Shown one piece after another: positions 58,680 to 64,000 of a DNA stretch of 64,000 bases; within the stretch, counting starts at the first letter, position 1, and the number at the start of each line of letters is the position of its first letter. The stretch is from NCBI RefSeq assembly GCF_009914755.1, contig NC_060929.1. The stretch is one strand, 5' to 3'. Origin of the DNA: the human T2T-CHM13v2.0 reference genome, Homo sapiens. The position numbers were made by a program, and so were the translations under genes. The notes under the pieces were generated by a model. That model saw only the letters and a program-made list of their open reading frames with translations, was not told the origin of the DNA and made no database searches.

Positions 58680-60130
58680 ATTTCAGGACAACCCTTTTCT
58701 GGGCTTCAGGCTTGTGTGCCCAGCTGCTTACTTGATATGTCTCCATTTGTGCAGCAAACATGACAAGCTTTACAAGATCCACTGCAGAACACGAGATTCA
58801 CCATCCACCATTCCAACTCCCCCACAAATAGATTCCTCTCTCAGGGTGGCCCATACCAGCATGTGGGAACACCAACACCTGGTGGCTCTCATAAACAACC
58901 TCAGTCTCATCCTTATTTCTCCCTTTCTTCATTCCCCTTCCCCCTATATCCAGTCTATCAGCAAATGCTCTCAATTCTTCCAGAATACATCTTGAGTATG
59001 TTTGCACTGCTCTCCCTGGTCACCACTATTCCCATCCAAACCCTCTTCATTTTTTACCTAAAAGATGGTACCATGTAATAGTCTCCTTACTTTCTCACCC
59101 TTCCACTCCTGTTATCCTAGAATCCAGTTTCTATAAAGCAGCAAATCATGACACTTGTCTAGTTTAAAATTTCCCAATGGCTCCCCATCACCCTTAGCCT
59201 AACACCTTACCATGGCCTACAAAGCCCTGCATAGTTTAGCCCAGGTGTTTGTACCCTGGAGTCCACAGATAGGATTCACAGGATCTATGATTTTGAATGG
59301 GAAAAAAAAAATCACATCTTTATTTTCATAAACTCTAATTGAAATAGAACATTCCATTGAGCGATGCAGAAAATCTAGGTGGCATCAGCAGTACCTGCGA
59401 CTTTGTCACCAGTACAAACAGAAATACAGATATTTCGTATCCCATTACAATTGTTGCAGATATCTTGAAATATCATTATTTTAATGTTAGTTATTAGATC
59501 TGCTACAAAAGTGCTAAAGAATCATTTACATTTTATATTACAAGTGTGTCTTTTAAATATTTTGATACCTGTATTTTAGTGTAAATGGCTTCCTTTGCAT
59601 TCCTGTGTATTTTATGCAATTAAGAACATGATTCTGAGAAGGGATCCATGCGCTTCAACACATTGCCAAAGGGTCCAGAAAAGTTTAAGCACCTGGTACC
59701 CAGCTCCTTTGAGCTCTCACGCAATGCTCTCCTGCAGTGTTTCTTCCTGCCTCAGAAATACCAGACTAGCTCCTACCTCAGAGCCTTACAGTGGCCGTTC
59801 CTCTGCCTGGAACTCCTCTACCCATGGCAGGTTCCTTCTCATCAGCTGTACCTTTGCTTGAATGACACTTCTTCAGATGGGCCTTCACAAACCAGCACAC
59901 ACAAACCCTCACCCCAGTTCTTCTTTGCCACAAAGCCTCCATTATTCCTTCATAGCTTTTGCCACCATTACCAGAGACAATCTTGTTTATTTATTTACTT
60001 GTTCATTCTGTTCCTTTCTCCCCAGCAGGGAAGCTCTGTTAGTACATGAGATTCTTCTGGCCTGTCCACAGCTACGTTCCTGTTTCTTAAATATCTAATT
60101 TGTGCTTGATAAATATTAGCTGAAGAAATA
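58680..60130 (+). mobile_element. L2 remnant interrupted by a probable hAT-Charlie element (~59245-59690)
   Basis: L2-like motifs (ccttaccatggcctacaaagccctgcat; cctctgcctggaa) resume after the insert; family assignment tentative. Confidence 0.5.
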
Positions 60131-60817
60131 AATCCTTCTAAGCCAGAGAGGATCACTTTGGGTAGACATCAAATGAATATAACTGAAATGCATATATAAG
60201 ACCATTTGCTTGGACTCTTCCCATTAAATACAGTAATTTTTGCCACACACATGTGCACAGCAGTTACTCTGGCACTCACAGCTGTGATCTGGCTGAAGCA
60301 TAAAGTCATATTCAAGGACACCCTGGAGATTTGTGATGCTCCCTGGAGGACTTAGGCCAATAAGCCAATTAACGGGCTATAATGCTCCATAAATACTATG
60401 CTTATGCCTGGGACATTGTAATTTGGCTCTGACATTATTTAAACAAATGCTACACACACTCACACCAATGGTTTATTTTTCCAAGGATTAGATCAGTGGC
60501 ACAACAGGATTAGATGGCAAATCATTTTATATATTCACTTGTAACTTCAGACATACACAAAATAAAAATAATCTCTAATTATTTTAGATCATTACAGCAT
60601 AGGAGTGATCACAGCCAAATGGAGATTGCTTATCTGAAATATGAGAAGATACTTCAGAATTATGTGGCATATCTGATCAATGTAAAGCAAGAAACATGAG
60701 ATAACCAAGACAGAATGGAGAGCAAGGAAACAGAAGTTTTTAGAATAAATTGATAAAATGCATAGTGCCAAAAGTAGATATTATTTATTTTGGGAACAAT
60801 AAATTCATACTGTGTGG

Positions 60818-61111
<294 letters not shown>

Positions 61112-62012
61112 CCTGTATGGTCTTTTTAAACACAAATAGCAGCTCTCATTCCCCTGATCTTGCTTCATTTTAATTCTTACTGGCCCCCAGACTGGAAGGT
61201 TACTGGTGTCTAATGACCACTCCGTTGGACTGCTGTTGGAGTCTGGGTTTCTGAACATTTGAATAATTACTTCCAGCAGAAGTACATGATCATGGGATAC
61301 ACTGTACCAGGACAGTGTACCAAATAAGAGCCCCCACTGGAGCACCAGACAAAAGATGAGAATACGATAAATAACATGAATATGAACAATAAATTCCTAT
61401 TTTGATAATAGGGATGTTTGAAGGAATAGAGAGGAAAAAATAACATTCAAAACCAGGTTTTCAAAATGGTACTACACTTACATATCTGTGTCCCTCAGGT
61501 GTAGTGAGAATGTGAGTAAGAAAACTATCCAAGCAGAGTATGGTGGAGGGATTTCAAGGAAATACAATGCACACGGAAAACAGACGACAGAGCAGACAAT
61601 GTCACCACATGCTCCCAAAGTAAGCAAGAATGGGAACACTTTGAAAAAGGGGAAATTTCTTCCAAATAGAAGGACCATGAAAACAGAGGAACTCTTGGAT
61701 TTGCAGTCCCTATAGTCCAATGTTTTGCTGCCTAAAAGGGCCCCACATATTTACGAGGGCCTGGCTGACTTGGCTGACATTAGATACATCCTAGCACCTA
61801 ATGGATTAGGAATCATTCAAGGCTCCACTTGAGGCAGCGGCTTAAGTTCATGCACCACGATGGAGGTGGTATCTCCTTATTTTTGTTCTAAACTCTGTCT
61901 TTGAATTTCAAAGGGATCCCACCACCATTTAAGTAATTTGGAATGTGTGAGGCACTCCCTGTTCACATTGTCTAAGCTGTTCATGATTTTCAAGATTTCA
62001 GACATGTCCCTC

Positions 62013-62076
62013 AGTAGCATCCTCACATCTAGATTAGTAGCATCCTCACATCTAGATTAGTAGCATCCTCATATCT
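62013..62076. repeat. 23-bp tandem repeat, ~2.8 copies
   Basis: AGTAGCATCCTCACATCTAGATT twice plus a partial copy. Confidence 0.9.
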
Positions 62077-62333
62077 CTCACTTTCTGTGCAGGCATCTGT
62101 GTTAACCACTCCCCTGGACTTTTTGGATATCTTTCACTGGGTATGGGGCCCAGAATATCAGATTACCAGGTGAAGACACCTCGCTGTGTTATCTGAGCAG
62201 AGGGCAATGTTCTCTATTTTGCTGGCCTTACTTCCTTTGATTATGTTTAATGTTTGTAGATCACTTTGCTATAAAACTCACAGACTTGTCTTCAGAAAAG
62301 ACATACTTTTTTTTTTTTTGAGGTAATGGTATG

Positions 62334-64000
<1,667 letters not shown>

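Overview
Primate (most likely human, chr5q23.2 by gene content) genomic DNA. It holds the 3' end of LMNB1 on the + strand: the penultimate and last coding exons, ending in the CAAX box CAIM, plus the 3' UTR. The 3' end of MARCHF3/MARCH3 converges on it from the - strand: the two-TM exon, the last exon ending in the PDZ motif ETVV, and a ~2.9 kb 3' UTR. The ~30.7 kb between them carries a two-LTR HERV-H provirus (LTR7, tRNA-His PBS, ATCCG TSD) whose leader is expanded into a 12-unit minisatellite with a 129-bp higher-order period, and a solo LTR12 (ERV9). Both ERV promoters point antisense toward LMNB1. The rest is ~27 Alu copies or fragments, old L1/L2/MaLR/DNA-transposon remnants, and the 3' part of an L1PA2-type element with a possible short 3' transduction. 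I see no new protein-coding system. The most interesting signals are regulatory or structural: the HERV-H VNTR and LTR asymmetry, closely spaced inverted Alus, an Alu micro-inversion, a non-Alu insert in an Alu, and a CpG-rich patch in the MARCHF3 3' UTR. Gene and repeat-family calls come from recognition of the sequence, not from database searches.
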